This document shows positions 25,991 to 40,400 of a stretch of DNA of 64,000 nucleotides, in pieces. Location: NCBI RefSeq assembly GCF_037042905.1, contig NC_087245.1:12774001-12838000 (forward strand). The letters run 5' to 3'. The stretch's first letter is position 1. Each line of letters starts with the position of its first letter. Below the pieces are notes generated by a model, which worked only from the letters and a program-made list of their open reading frames with translations, was not told where the DNA came from and ran no database searches. The translations under genes and the position numbers were made by a program. Source of the stretch: Lytechinus pictus (lineage: Eukaryota).

Positions 25991-27359
25991 TTGTGGACGG
26001 ACGACTTTGCAACATCCTTCCAAAGGGAACTTGAATAGAAAGATGATCAAAAATGGTCAAAAATACATTTTCAAAGTCTTTATATTCTCAGGATAATAAA
26101 ATATTGTAAGACTAGCTCATCAGTGATGTTGTTGTTTTCTCAACTTTTCCCATAGAAAACACACATTCGGTAATACGGTACCATTTTCAAGTGACCAAAA
26201 TATTTCACATGGGAACAGGAGTCCGATTCGAAGCTAATATCGTAAAAAGGAAAAACGATTTCAGCAAAATGTTTACAAATTTATATTTTGTAGGTAATTG
26301 TGTATTTATGGTGAAAGTTTGGTGAATTTTACGAGAATAATGTGTTTGATATGATTGAATTCATGAAAAGTGTTCGGTAATACGATCCACTACCATACGA
26401 TCCAATAGTTTACCATACCCATCCATACACAACACACATCTTACTTCAGATCATAGACAGCTGGCAGCCGTCTGTTTCGAGGAGTTTTTAAACATTTTTT
26501 ATTTTTTTAATTTCTCCTCATACACAGACGGCTCGCTATCGTGCAGCCACCATTAGGGGACTTACAATGCAAAATCCCCCCGTCGGGGCTCTTCAATTTG
26601 TGTCTTTAATGAATCAAACTTTTGAAAATTAACGCGACCGAAATGCGAATTAATATTCCCTCTTGGCATTAATTGCCAAAAAACAGGGAAAATCAAGTTA
26701 AAAGGAACAAAAACAGTGACTTACCTTGGCTGTCGCGCAGCTTCATTGCCCTGTTTTATCCGAACTTAATACACATAAACATATGGCCATTGAGTCCCCT
26801 GTACAGATCGCGCTAGAACTTCGGTCTCTGTATTTGGTGAGTGAAGCCAACGGAGTTCAGCTGAACAACCAACATAACAGAGACCGAAGCTTTTGGTCTA
26901 TTCAGATCAAAGACAAAATTCAGTAGGTCCCTAGCCTAGGTAAGAAGTCAAGACCTTTGTCTTTGAACAAATACATTTATAAGGACCTGGACAATGGTCT
27001 TTACCTTCTAATCTTTCACAAATTTTATTTAAAAAAAACAATGACTATGTTGAAAATGTCTCTTCTTAGCTTTTATCTTTTGGTCAACCCATCTTGACTC
27101 GGGAACCGAATTAGCATCACAACGGCAAAAGAAAAACGCCAAGTTGAGGTTACGATTTTAAGTGTTTCTCACCAAAATAGAGGTCTAAATCAAGCACTGA
27201 CTCCCCTGATTATGAAGTTAGAGAAGAAATAAGATTAAGAAACAGTCCTTCGTTGGGCTCAACTGCCATAACTGCAGATTGATTCAAGAGTAAAGGCCGA
27301 TCTCGAACAACGGCCGTTCAAAGTCCCAGCGCTTTGTCGTTTGGTGCTAGCTGGCATGG

Positions 27360-28180
27360 ACCAGGCTGAAGCCAGCGCACAAACCCAGCGCACAGAATAT
27401 ATTGAAGCAAGCCAGCGCACAAACCCAGCGCACAGAGCTATCGCGATACAAACCGCCCTACACCGTATGCATAGTCTAATAGTTGCAGACCCTAAATACA
27501 GCTTAAATTCAAACGTCTCGAAGATTGTCATAATGCGCACGAAAAATGGTATTAAGATAAAAGGCATAGTTATCCAAACTTACAGATGGCTGAAAATATG
27601 GAATTTCAATAATGCACTATTCCACAATATGATTGCTTCAAATATTAGTATATGACTGATTTGTATAACATTTGAATATATTAAGAATTAAAGGGAGTAT
27701 GTTTCTATATGACATGGCATGAATGCAGCTGAAAGTAGAAGAATCAAACAAATTTGGTAAAATGTAAACAAAATCGGACAAGGATAACAGAGTTATGATA
27801 TTCTAAAGATCCGCATTTCGGCCAGTTCTATATGCCTTAAATTTCTTCTTTAACATTCATTGGAGAAAAGTAATCTCTCCTGTATATTCCATCTTTTTTA
27901 ATCATATGAATTTATGAATATTCAAATTTCCTCCCCCTAGAATAAAAAATATTGTATCAAACAAAATTTAATGCATTTGTTCATTAATTCATGGATATTA
28001 TCTTAATATAAGAGACATTACATGATTTAAAAAACGACTTCATGTAAGAACATTTTATAAGCGAAACGAAAGTTGGAACACGACATCATGATAACTTCAA
28101 ATGGATAGTCATGACTGCGTGCATTTTATTTTCACAAAATACTGCTGACCTCAAAATTCTCTTTTGTAAATTTGACTCTT
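27360..28180 (+). repeat. Left outer inverted arm
   Basis: Reverse-complement alignment to ~54430-55283. One mismatch in the first ~105 bp, more diverged inward. Confidence 0.92.
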
Positions 28181-28412
28181 TTGTAAATGATGTCTCTATT
28201 AGTATATTATGATGAAAGAAGTTGCAACAACAAATAACTGAAGTACTGAATCAGTTCCAACTGTTTTAGTCCCAGGTAAAAATAAAGTGGTAGAAAATCA
28301 TATAATAAAATACAAAAGTCCGAGTGGGGATAACCGATATGATATCATCAGCCCACCTAATGAATATTCATGAAGACATTAATATCTATATCAAATTCTC
28401 AATAAAAATTAC

Positions 28413-31400
28413 ACCCCCTGCATTTTGGGGCATCGTAGACCCCGTCCCCCTTTTCTGTGCACCAATGTTCACCCCTAGATCGATGAAGTGATTAATAAAG
28501 ATCAATTTGGTTGATTTTCAAGACATAAAATCGTGATTTCGATTAGCGGCGAATTTATTACAAGACCAAAGTGGAATTGTTGGAATACACGTATATAATA
28601 CATATATAGCACGCGCTATATTTTCGTCCTTGCACCCCCTACCTCTCGGGGCATCGTAGACCCCGTCCCCCTTTTCTGTGCACCAATGTTCACCCCTAGA
28701 TCGATGAAGTGATTAATAAAGATCAATTTGGTTGATTTTCAAGACATAAAATGGTGATTTCGATTAGCGGCGAATTTATTACCAGACCAAAGTGGAATTG
28801 TTGGAATATACACGTACATAATATAGCACGCCATAATAGCAGGCGCCGTATTTTCGTCAATGCACCCCCACCTTTCGGGGCATCGTAGACCCCGTCCCCT
28901 TTTTCTGTGCACCAATGTTCACCCCTAGATCGATGTAGTGATTAATAAAGATCAATTTGGTTGATTTTCAAGACATAAAATTGTGATTTCGATTAGCGGC
29001 GAATTTATTACCAGACCAAAGTGGAATTGTTGGAATACACGTATATAATACTTACATAGCACGCGCTATATTTTCGTCCTTGCACCCCCTACCTCTCGGG
29101 GCATTGTAGACCCCGTCCCCCTTTTCTGTGCACCAATGTTCACCCCTAGATCGATGAAGTGATTAATAAAGATCAATTTGGTTGATTTTCAAGACATAAA
29201 ATTGTGATTTCGATTAGCGGCGAATTTATTACCAGACCAAAGTGGAATTGTTGGAATACACGTACATAATATAGCACGCCATAATAACAAGTGCCGTATT
29301 TTCGTCAATGCACCCCCACCTTTCGGGGCATCGTAGACCCCGTCCCCCTTTTCTGTGCACCAATGTTCACCCCTAGATCGATGAAGTGATTAATAAAGAT
29401 CAATTTGGTTGATTTTCAAGACATAAAATTGTGATTTCGATTAGCGGCGAATTTATTACCAGACCAAAGTGGAATTGTTGGAATACGCGTACATAATATA
29501 GCACGCCATAATAACAAGTGCCGTATTTTCGTCAATGCACCCCCACCTTTCGGGGCATCGTAGACCCCGTCCCCCTTTTCTGTGCACCAATGTTCACCCC
29601 TAGATCGATGAAGTGATTAAAATAAAGATCAATTTGGTTGATTTTCAAGACATAAAATTGTGATTTCGATTAGCGGCGAATTTATTACCAGACCAAAGTG
29701 GAATTGATGGAATACACGTATATAATACATATATAGCACGCGCTATTTTTTCGTCCTTGCACCCCCTACCTCTCGGGGCATCGTAGACCCCGTCCCCCTT
29801 TTCTGTGCACCAATGTTCACCCCTAGATCGATGAAGTGATTAATAAAGATCAATTTGGTTGATTTTCAAGACATAAAATTGTGATTTCGATTAGCGGCGA
29901 ATTTATTACCAGACCAAAGTGGAATTGTTGGAATACACGTACATAATATAGCACGCCATAATAACAAGTGCCGTATTTTCGCCAATGCACCCCCACCTTT
30001 CGGGGCATCGTAGACCCCGTCCCCCTTTTCTGTGCACCAATGTTCACCCCTAGATCGATGAAGTGATTAATAAAAATCAATTTGGTTGATTTTCAAGACA
30101 TAAAATTGTGATTTCGATTAGCGGCGAATTTATTACCAGACCAAAGTGGAATTGTTGGAATACACGTACATAATATAGCACGCCATAATAACAAGTGCCG
30201 TATTTTCGCCAATGCACCCCCACCGTTCGGGGCATCGTAGACCCCGTCCCCCTTTTCTGTGCACCAATGTTCACCCCTAGATCGATGAAGTGATTAATAA
30301 AGATCAATTTGGTTGATTTTCAAGACATAAAATTGTGATTTCGATTAGCGGCGAATTTATTACCAGACCAAAGTGGAATTGATGGAATACACGTATATAA
30401 TACATATATAGCACGCGCTATATTTTCGTCCTTGCACCCCCTACCTCTCGGGGCATCGTAGACCCCGTCCCCCTTTGTGCACCAATGTTCACCCCTAGAT
30501 CGATGTAGTGATTAATAAAGATCAATTTGGTTGATTTTCAAGACATAAAATTGTGATTTCGATTAGCGGCGAATTTATTACCAGACCAAAGTGGAATTGT
30601 TGGAATACACGTACATAATATAGCACGCCATAATAACAAGTGCCGTATTTTCGCCAATGCACCCCCACCTTTCGGGGCATCGTAGACCCCGTCCCCCTTT
30701 TCTGTGCACCAATGTTCACCACTAGATCGATGAAGTGATTAATAAAAATCAATTTGGTTGATTTTCAAGACATAAAATTGTGATTTCGATTAGCGGCGAA
30801 TTTATTACCAGACCAAAGTGGAATTGTTGGAATACACGTACATAATATAGCACGCCATAATAACAAGTGCCGTATTTTCGCCAATGCACCCCCACCTTTC
30901 GGGGCATCGTAGACCCCGTCCCCCTTTTCTGTGCACCAATGTTCACCCCTAGATCGATGAAGTGATTAATAAAGATCAATTTGGTTGATTTTCAAGACAT
31001 AAAATTGTGATTTCGATTAGCGGCGAATTTATTACCAGACCAAAGTGGAATTGTTGGAATATACACGTACATAATAATTATAGCACGCCATAATAGCAGG
31101 CGCCGTATTTTCGTCAATGCACCCCCACCTTTCGGGGCATCGTAGACCCCGTCCCCTTTTCTGTGCACCAATGTTCACCCCTAGATCGATGTAGTGATTA
31201 ATAAAGATCAATTTGGTTGATTTTCAAGACATAAAATTGTGATTTCGATTAGCGGCGAATTTATTACCAGACCAAAGTGGAATTGATGGAATACACGTAT
31301 ATAATACATATATAGCACGCGCTATATTTTCGTCCTTGCACCCCCTACCTCTCGGGGCATCGTAGACCCCGTCCCCCTTTTCTGTGCACCAATGTTCACC

Positions 31401-34400
31401 CCTAGATCGATGTAGTGATTAATAAAGATCAATTTGGTTGATTTTCAAGACATAAAATTGTGATTTCGATTAGCGGCGAATTTATTACCAGACCAAAGTG
31501 GAATTGTTGGAATACACGTACATAATATAGCACGCCATAATAACAAGTGCCGTATTTTCGTCAATGCACCCCCACCTTTCGGGGCATCGTAGACCCCGTC
31601 CCCCTTTTCTGTGCACCAATGTTCACCCCTAGATCGATGAAGTGATTAATAAAGATCAATTTGGTTGATTTTCAAGACATAAAATTGTGATTTCGATTAG
31701 CGGCGAATTTATTACCAGACCAAAGTGGAATTGTTGGAATACGCGTACATAATATAGCACGCCATAATAACAAGTGCCGTATTTTCGTCAATGCACCCCC
31801 ACCTTTCGGGGCATCGTAGACCCCGTCCCCCTTTTCTGTGCACCAATGCACCCCTAGATCGATGAAGTGATTAATATAAAGATCAATTTGGTTGATTTTC
31901 AAGACATAAAATTGTGATTTCGATTAGCGGCGAATTTATTACCAGACCAAAGTGGAATTGATGGAATACACGTATATAATACATATATAGCACGCGCTAT
32001 TTTTTCGTCCTTGCACCCCCTACCTCTCGGGGCATCGTAGACCCCGTCCCCCTTTTCTGTGCACCAATGTTCACCCCTAGATCGATGAAGTGATTAATAA
32101 AGATCAATTTGGTTGATTTTCAAGACATAAAATTGTGATTTCGATTAGCGGCGAATTTATTACCAGACCAAAGTGGAATTGTTGGAATACACGTACATAA
32201 TATAGCACGCCATAATAACAAGTGCCGTATTTTCGTCAATGCACCCCCACCTTTCGGGGCATCGTAGACCCCGTCCCCCTTTTCCGTGCACCAATGTTCA
32301 CCCCTAGATCGATGTAGTGATTAATAAAGATCAATTTGGTTGATTTTCAAGACATAAAATTGTGATTTCGATTAGCGGCGAATTTATTACCACACCAAAG
32401 TGGAATTGATGGAATACACGTATATAATACATATATAGCACGCGCTATATTTTCGTCCTTGCACCCCCTACCTCTCGGGGCATCGTAGACCCCGTCCCCC
32501 TTTTCTGTGCACCAATGTTCACCCCTAGATCGATGAAGTGATTAATAAAGATCAATTTGGTTGATTTTCAAGACATAAAATTGTGATTTCGATTAGCGGC
32601 GAATTTATTACCAGACCAAAGTGGAATTGTTGGAATACACGTACATAATATAGCACGCCATAATAACAAGTGCCGTATTTTCGCCAATGCACCCCCACCT
32701 TTCGGGGCATCGTAGACCCCGTCCCCCTTTTCTGTGCACCAATGTTCACCACTAGATCGATGAAGTGATTAATAAAAATCAATTTGGTTGATTTTCAAGA
32801 CATAAAATTGTGATTTCGATTAGCGGCGAATTTATTACCAGACCAAAGTGGAATTGTTGGAATACACGTACATAATATAGCACGCCATAATAACAAGTGC
32901 CGTATTTTCGCCAATGCACCCCCACCTTTCGGGGCATCGTAGACCCCGTCCCCCTTTTCTGTGCACCAATGTTCACCCCTAGATCGATGAAGTGATTAAT
33001 AAAGATCAATTTGGTTGATTTTCAAGACATAAAATTGTGATTTCGATTAGCGGCGAATTTATTACCAGACCAAAGTGGAATTGTTGGAATATACACGTAC
33101 ATAATAATTATAGCACGCCATAATAGCAGGCGCCGTATTTTCGTCAATGCACCCCCACCTTTCGGGGCATCGTAGACCCCGTCCCCTTTTCTGTGCACCA
33201 ATGTTCACCCCTAGATCGATGTAGTGATTAATAAAGATCAATTTGGTTGATTTTCAAGACATAAAATTGTGATTTCGATTAGCGGCGAATTTATTACCAG
33301 ACCAAAGTGGAATTGATGGAATACACGTATATAATACATATATAGCACGCGCTATATTTTCGTCCTTGCACCCCCTACCTCTCGGGGCATCGTAGACCCC
33401 GTCCCCCTTTTCTGTGCACCAATGTTCACCCCTAGATCGATGAAGTGATTAATAAAGATCAATTTGGTTGATTTTCAAGACATAAAATTGTGATTTCGAT
33501 TAGCGGCGAATTTATTACCAGACCAAAGTGGAATTGTTGGAATACACGTACATAATATAGCACGCCATAATAACAAGTGCCGTATTTTCGTCAATGCACC
33601 CCCACCTTTCGGGGCATCGTAGACCCCGTCCCCCTTTTCTGTGCACCAATGTTCACCCCTAGATCGATGAAGTGATTAATAAAGATCAATTTGGTTGATT
33701 TTCAAGACATAAAATTGTGATTTCGATTAGCGGCGAATTTATTACCAGACCAAAGTGGAATTGTTGGAATACGCGTACATAATATAGCACGCCATAATAA
33801 CAAGTGCCGTATTTTCGTCAATGCACCCCCACCTTTCGGGGCATCGTAGACCCCGTCCCCCTTTTCTGTGCACCAATGTTCACCCCTAGATCGATGAAGT
33901 GATTAATATAAAGATCAATTTGGTTGATTTTCAAGACATAAAATTGTGATTTCGATTAGCGGCGAATTTATTACCAGACCAAAGTGGAATTGATGGAATA
34001 CACGTATATAATACATATATAGCACGCGCTATTTTTTCGTCCTTGCACCCCCTACCTCTCGGGGCATCGTAGACCCCGTCCCCCTTTTCTGTGCACCAAT
34101 GTTCACCCCTAGATCGATGAAGTGATTAATAAAGATCAATTTGGTTGATTTTCAAGACATAAAATTGTGATTTCGATTAGCGGCGAATTTATTACCAGAC
34201 CAAAGTGGAATTGTTGGAATACACGTACATAATATAGCACGCCATAATAACAAGTGCCGTATTTTCGTCAATGCACCCCCACCTTTCGGGGCATCGTAGA
34301 CCCCGTCCCCCTTTTCCGTGCACCAATGTTCACCCCTAGATCGATGTAGTGATTAATAAAGATCAATTTGGTTGATTTTCAAGACATAAAATTGTGATTT

Positions 34401-37400
34401 CGATTAGCGGCGAATTTATTACCAGACCAAAGTGGAATTGATGGAATACACGTATATAATACATATATAGCACGCGCTATATTTTCGTCCTTGCACCCCC
34501 TACCTCTCGGGGCATCGTAGACCCCGTCCCCCTTTTCTGTGCACCAATGTTCACCCCTAGATCGATGAAGTGATTAATAAAGATCAATTTGGTTGATTTT
34601 CAAGACATAAAATTGTGATTTCGATTAGCGGCGAATTTATTACCAGACCAAAGTGGAATTGTTGGAATACACGTACATAATATAGCACGCCATAATAACA
34701 AGTGCCGTATTTTCGCCAATGCACCCCCACCTTTCGGGGCATCGTAGACCCCGTCCCCCTTTTCTGTGCACCAATGTTCACCACTAGATCGATGAAGTGA
34801 TTAATAAAAATCAATTTGGTTGATTTTCAAGACATAAAATTGTGATTTCGATTAGCGACGAATTTATTACCAGACCAAAGTGGAATTGTTGGAATACACG
34901 TACATAATATAGCACGCCATAATAACAAGTGCCGTATTTTCGCCAATGCACCCCCACCTTTCGGGGCATCGTAGACCCCGTCCCCCTTTTCTGTGCACCA
35001 ATGTTCACCCCTAGATCGATGAAGTGATTAATAAAGATCAATTTGGTTGATTTTCAAGACATAAAATTGTGATTTCGATTAGCGGCGAATTTATTACCAG
35101 ACCAAAGTGGAATTGTTGGAATATACACGTACATAATAATTATAGCACGCCATAATAGCAGGCGCCGTATTTTCGTCAATGCACCCCCACCTTTCGGGGC
35201 ATCGTAGACCCCGTCCCCTTTTCTGTGCACCAATGTTCACCCCTAGATCGATGTAGTGATTAATAAAGATCAATTTGGTTGATTTTCAAGACATAAAATT
35301 GTGATTTCGATTAGCGGCGAATTTATTACCAGACCAAAGTGGAATTGATGGAATACACGTATATAATACATATATAGCACGCGCTATATTTTCGTCCTTG
35401 CACCCCCTACCTCTCGGGGCATCGTAGACCCCGTCCCCCTTTTCTGTGCACCAATGTTCACCCCTAGATCGATGAAGTGATTAATAAAGATCAATTTGGT
35501 TGATTTTCAAGACATAAAATTGTGATTTCGATTAGCGGCGAATTTATTACCAGACCAAAGTGGAATTGTTGGAATACACGTACATAATATAGCACGCCAT
35601 AATAACAAGTGCCGTATTTTCGTCAATGCACCCCCACCTTTCGGGGCATCGTAGACCCCGTCCCCCTTTTCTGTGCACCAATGTTCACCCCTAGATCGAT
35701 GAAGTGATTAATAAAGATCAATTTGGTTGATTTTCAAGACATAAAATTGTGATTTCGATTAGCGGCGAATTTATTACCAGACCAAAGTGGAATTGTTGGA
35801 ATACGCGTACATAATATAGCACGCCATAATAACAAGTGCCGTATTTTCGTCAATGCACCCCCACCTTTCGGGGCATCGTAGACCCCGTCCCCCTTTTCTG
35901 TGCACCAATGTTCACCCCTAGATCGATGAAGTGATTAATATAAAGATCAATTTGGTTGATTTTCAAGACATAAAATTGTGATTTCGATTAGCGGCGAATT
36001 TATTACCAGACCAAAGTGGAATTGATGGAATACACGTATATAATACATATATAGCACGCGCTATTTTTTCGTCCTTGCACCCCCTACCTCTCGGGGCATC
36101 GTAGACCCCGTCCCCCTTTTCTGTGCACCAATGTTCACCCCTAGATCGATGAAGTGATTAATAAAGATCAATTTGGTTGATTTTCAAGACATAAAATTGT
36201 GATTTCGATTAGCGGCGAATTTATTACCAGACCAAAGTGGAATTGTTGGAATACACGTACATAATATAGCACGCCATAATAACAAGTGCCGTATTTTCGT
36301 CAATGCACCCCCACCTTTCGGGGCATCGTAGACCCCGTCCCCCTTTTCCGTGCACCAATGTTCACCCCTAGATCGATGTAGTGATTAATAAAGATCAATT
36401 TGGTTGATTTTCAAGACATAAAATTGTGATTTCGATTAGCGGCGAATTTATTACCAGACCAAAGTGGAATTGATGGAATACACGTATATAATACATATAT
36501 AGCACGCGCTATATTTTCGTCCTTGCACCCCCTACCTCTCGGGGCATCGTAGACCCCGTCCCCCTTTTCTGTGCACCAATGTTCACCCCTAGATCGATGA
36601 AGTGATTAATAAAGATCAATTTGGTTGATTTTCAAGACATAAAATTGTGATTTCGATTAGCGGCGAATTTATTACCAGACCAAAGTGGAATTGTTGGAAT
36701 ACACGTACATAATATAGCACGCCATAATAACAAGTGCCGTATTTTCGCCAATGCACCCCCACCTTTCGGGGCATCGTAGACCCCGTCCCCCTTTTCTGTG
36801 CACCAATGTTCACCACTAGATCGATGAAGTGATTAATAAAAATCAATTTGGTTGATTTTCAAGACATAAAATTGTGATTTCGATTAGCGGCGAATTTATT
36901 ACCAGACCAAAGTGGAATTGTTGGAATACACGTACATAATATAGCACGCCATAATAACAAGTGCCGTATTTTCGCCAATGCACCCCCACCTTTCGGGGCA
37001 TCGTAGACCCCGTCCCCCTTTTCTGTGCACCAATGTTCACCCCTAGATCGATGAAGTGATTAATAAAGATCAATTTGGTTGATTTTCAAGACATAAAATT
37101 GTGATTTCGATTAGCGGCGAATTTATTACCAGACCAAAGTGGAATTGTTGGAATATACACGTACATAATAATTATAGCACGCCATAATAGCAGGCGCCGT
37201 ATTTTCGTCAATGCACCCCCACCTTTCGGGGCATCGTAGACCCCGTCCCCTTTTCTGTGCACCAATGTTCACCCCTAGATCGATGTAGTGATTAATAAAG
37301 ATCAATTTGGTTGATTTTCAAGACATAAAATTGTGATTTCGATTAGCGGCGAATTTATTACCAGACCAAAGTGGAATTGATGGAATACACGTATATAATA

Positions 37401-40400
37401 CATATATAGCACGCGCTATATTTTCGTCCTTGCACCCCCTACCTCTCGGGGCATCGTAGACCCCGTCCCCCTTTTCTGTGCACCAATGTTCACCCCTAGA
37501 TCGATGAAGTGATTAATAAAGATCAATTTGGTTGATTTTCAAGACATAAAATTGTGATTTCGATTAGCGGCGAATTTATTACCAGACCAAAGTGGAATTG
37601 TTGGAATACACGTACATAATATAGCACGCCATAATAACAAGTGCCGTATTTTCGTCAATGCACCCCCACCTTTCGGGGCATCGTAGACCCCGTCCCCCTT
37701 TTCTGTGCACCAATGTTCACCCCTAGATCGATGAAGTGATTAATAAAGATCAATTTGGTTGATTTTCAAGACATAAAATTGTGATTTCGATTAGCGGCGA
37801 ATTTATTACCAGACCAAAGTGGAATTGTTGGAATACGCGTACATAATATAGCACGCCATAATAACAAGTGCCGTATTTTCGTCAATGCACCCCCACCTTT
37901 CGGGGCATCGTAGACCCCGTCCCCCTTTTCTGTGCACCAATGTTCACCCCTAGATCGATGAAGTGATTAATATAAAGATCAATTTGGTTGATTTTCAAGA
38001 CATAAAATTGTGATTTCGATTAGCGGCGAATTTATTACCAGACCAAAGTGGAATTGATGGAATACACGTATATAATACATATATAGCACGCGCTATTTTT
38101 TCGTCCTTGCACCCCCTACCTCTCGGGGCATCGTAGACCCCGTCCCCCTTTTCTGTGCACCAATGTTCACCCCTAGATCGATGAAGTGATTAATAAAGAT
38201 CAATTTGGTTGATTTTCAAGACATAAAATTGTGATTTCGATTAGCGGCGAATTTATTACCAGACCAAAGTGGAATTGTTGGAATACACGTACATAATATA
38301 GCACGCCATAATAACAAGTGCCGTATTTTCGTCAATGCACCCCCACCTTTCGGGGCATCGTAGACCCCGTCCCCCTTTTCCGTGCACCAATGTTCACCCC
38401 TAGATCGATGTAGTGATTAATAAAGATCAATTTGGTTGATTTTCAAGACATAAAATTGTGATTTCGATTAGCGGCGAATTTATTACCAGACCAAAGTGGA
38501 ATTGATGGAATACACGTATATAATACATATATAGCACGCGCTATATTTTCGTCCTTGCACCCCCTACCTCTCGGGGCATCGTAGACCCCGTCCCCCTTTT
38601 CTGTGCACCAATGTTCACCCCTAGATCGATGAAGTGATTAATAAAGATCAATTTGGTTGATTTTCAAGACATAAAATTGTGATTTCGATTAGCGGCGAAT
38701 TTATTACCAGACCAAAGTGGAATTGTTGGAATACACGTACATAATATAGCACGCCATAATAACAAGTGCCGTATTTTCGCCAATGCACCCCCACCTTTCG
38801 GGGCATCGTAGACCCCGTCCCCCTTTTCTGTGCACCAATGTTCACCACTAGATCGATGAAGTGATTAATAAAAATCAATTTGGTTGATTTTCAAGACATA
38901 AAATTGTGATTTCGATTAGCGGCGAATTTATTACCAGACCAAAGTGGAATTGTTGGAATACACGTACATAATATAGCACGCCATAATAACAAGTGCCGTA
39001 TTTTCGCCAATGCACCCCCACCTTTCGGGGCATCGTAGACCCCGTCCCCCTTTTCTGTGCACCAATGTTCACCCCTAGATCGATGAAGTGATTAATAAAG
39101 ATCAATTTGGTTGATTTTCAAGACATAAAATTGTGATTTCGATTAGCGGCGAATTTATTACCAGACCAAAGTGGAATTGTTGGAATATACACGTACATAA
39201 TAATTATAGCACGCCATAATAGCAGGCGCCGTATTTTCGTCAATGCACCCCCACCTTTCGGGGCATCGTAGACCCCGTCCCCTTTTCTGTGCACCAATGT
39301 TCACCCCTAGATCGATGTAGTGATTAATAAAGATCAATTTGGTTGATTTTCAAGACATAAAATTGTGATTTCGATTAGCGGCGAATTTATTACCAGACCA
39401 AAGTGGAATTGATGGAATACACGTATATAATACATATATAGCACGCGCTATATTTTCGTCCTTGCACCCCCTACCTCTCGGGGCATCGTAGACCCCGTCC
39501 CCCTTTTCTGTGCACCAATGTTCACCCCTAGATCGATGAAGTGATTAATAAAGATCAATTTGGTTGATTTTCAAGACATAAAATTGTGATTTCGATTAGC
39601 GGCGAATTTATTACCAGACCAAAGTGGAATTGTTGGAATACACGTACATAATATAGCACGCCATAATAACAAGTGCCGTATTTTCGCCAATGCACCCCCA
39701 CCTTTCGGGGCATCGTAGACCCCGTCCCCCTTTTCTGTGCACCAATGTTCACCACTAGATCGATGAAGTGATTAATAAAAATCAATTTGGTTGATTTTCA
39801 AGACATAAAATTGTGATTTCGATTAGCGACGAATTTATTACCAGACCAAAGTGGAATTGTTGGAATACACGTACATAATATAGCACGCCATAATAACAAG
39901 TGCCGTATTTTCGCCAATGCACCCCCACCTTTCGGGGCATCGTAGACCCCGTCCCCCTTTTCTGTGCACCAATGTTCACCCCTAGATCGATGAAGTGATT
40001 AATAAAGATCAATTTGGTTGATTTTCAAGACATAAAATTGTGATTTCGATTAGCGGCGAATTTATTACCAGACCAAAGTGGAATTGTTGGAATATACACG
40101 TACATAATAATTATAGCACGCCATAATAGCAGGCGCCGTATTTTCGTCAATGCACCCCCACCTTTCGGGGCATCGTAGACCCCGTCCCCTTTTCTGTGCA
40201 CCAATGTTCACCCCTAGATCGATGTAGTGATTAATAAAGATCAATTTGGTTGATTTTCAAGACATAAAATTGTGATTTCGATTAGCGGCGAATTTATTAC
40301 CAGACCAAAGTGGAATTGATGGAATACACGTATATAATACATATATAGCACGCGCTATATTTTCGTCCTTGCACCCCCTACCTCTCGGGGCATCGTAGAC

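Noticed and set aside
27259..27655. ORFs at the arm tips (also 55108-55290 and 55274-55576) as a transposase or interrupted gene
   Set aside because: They are short with no recognisable domain. Rejoining the flanks across the TSD gives an immediate stop in the 55274-55576 frame.
28530..28560. CENP-B box in the monomer (TTTCGATTAGCGGCGAA)
   Set aside because: It does not match the TTCG-N4-A-N2-CGGG core.
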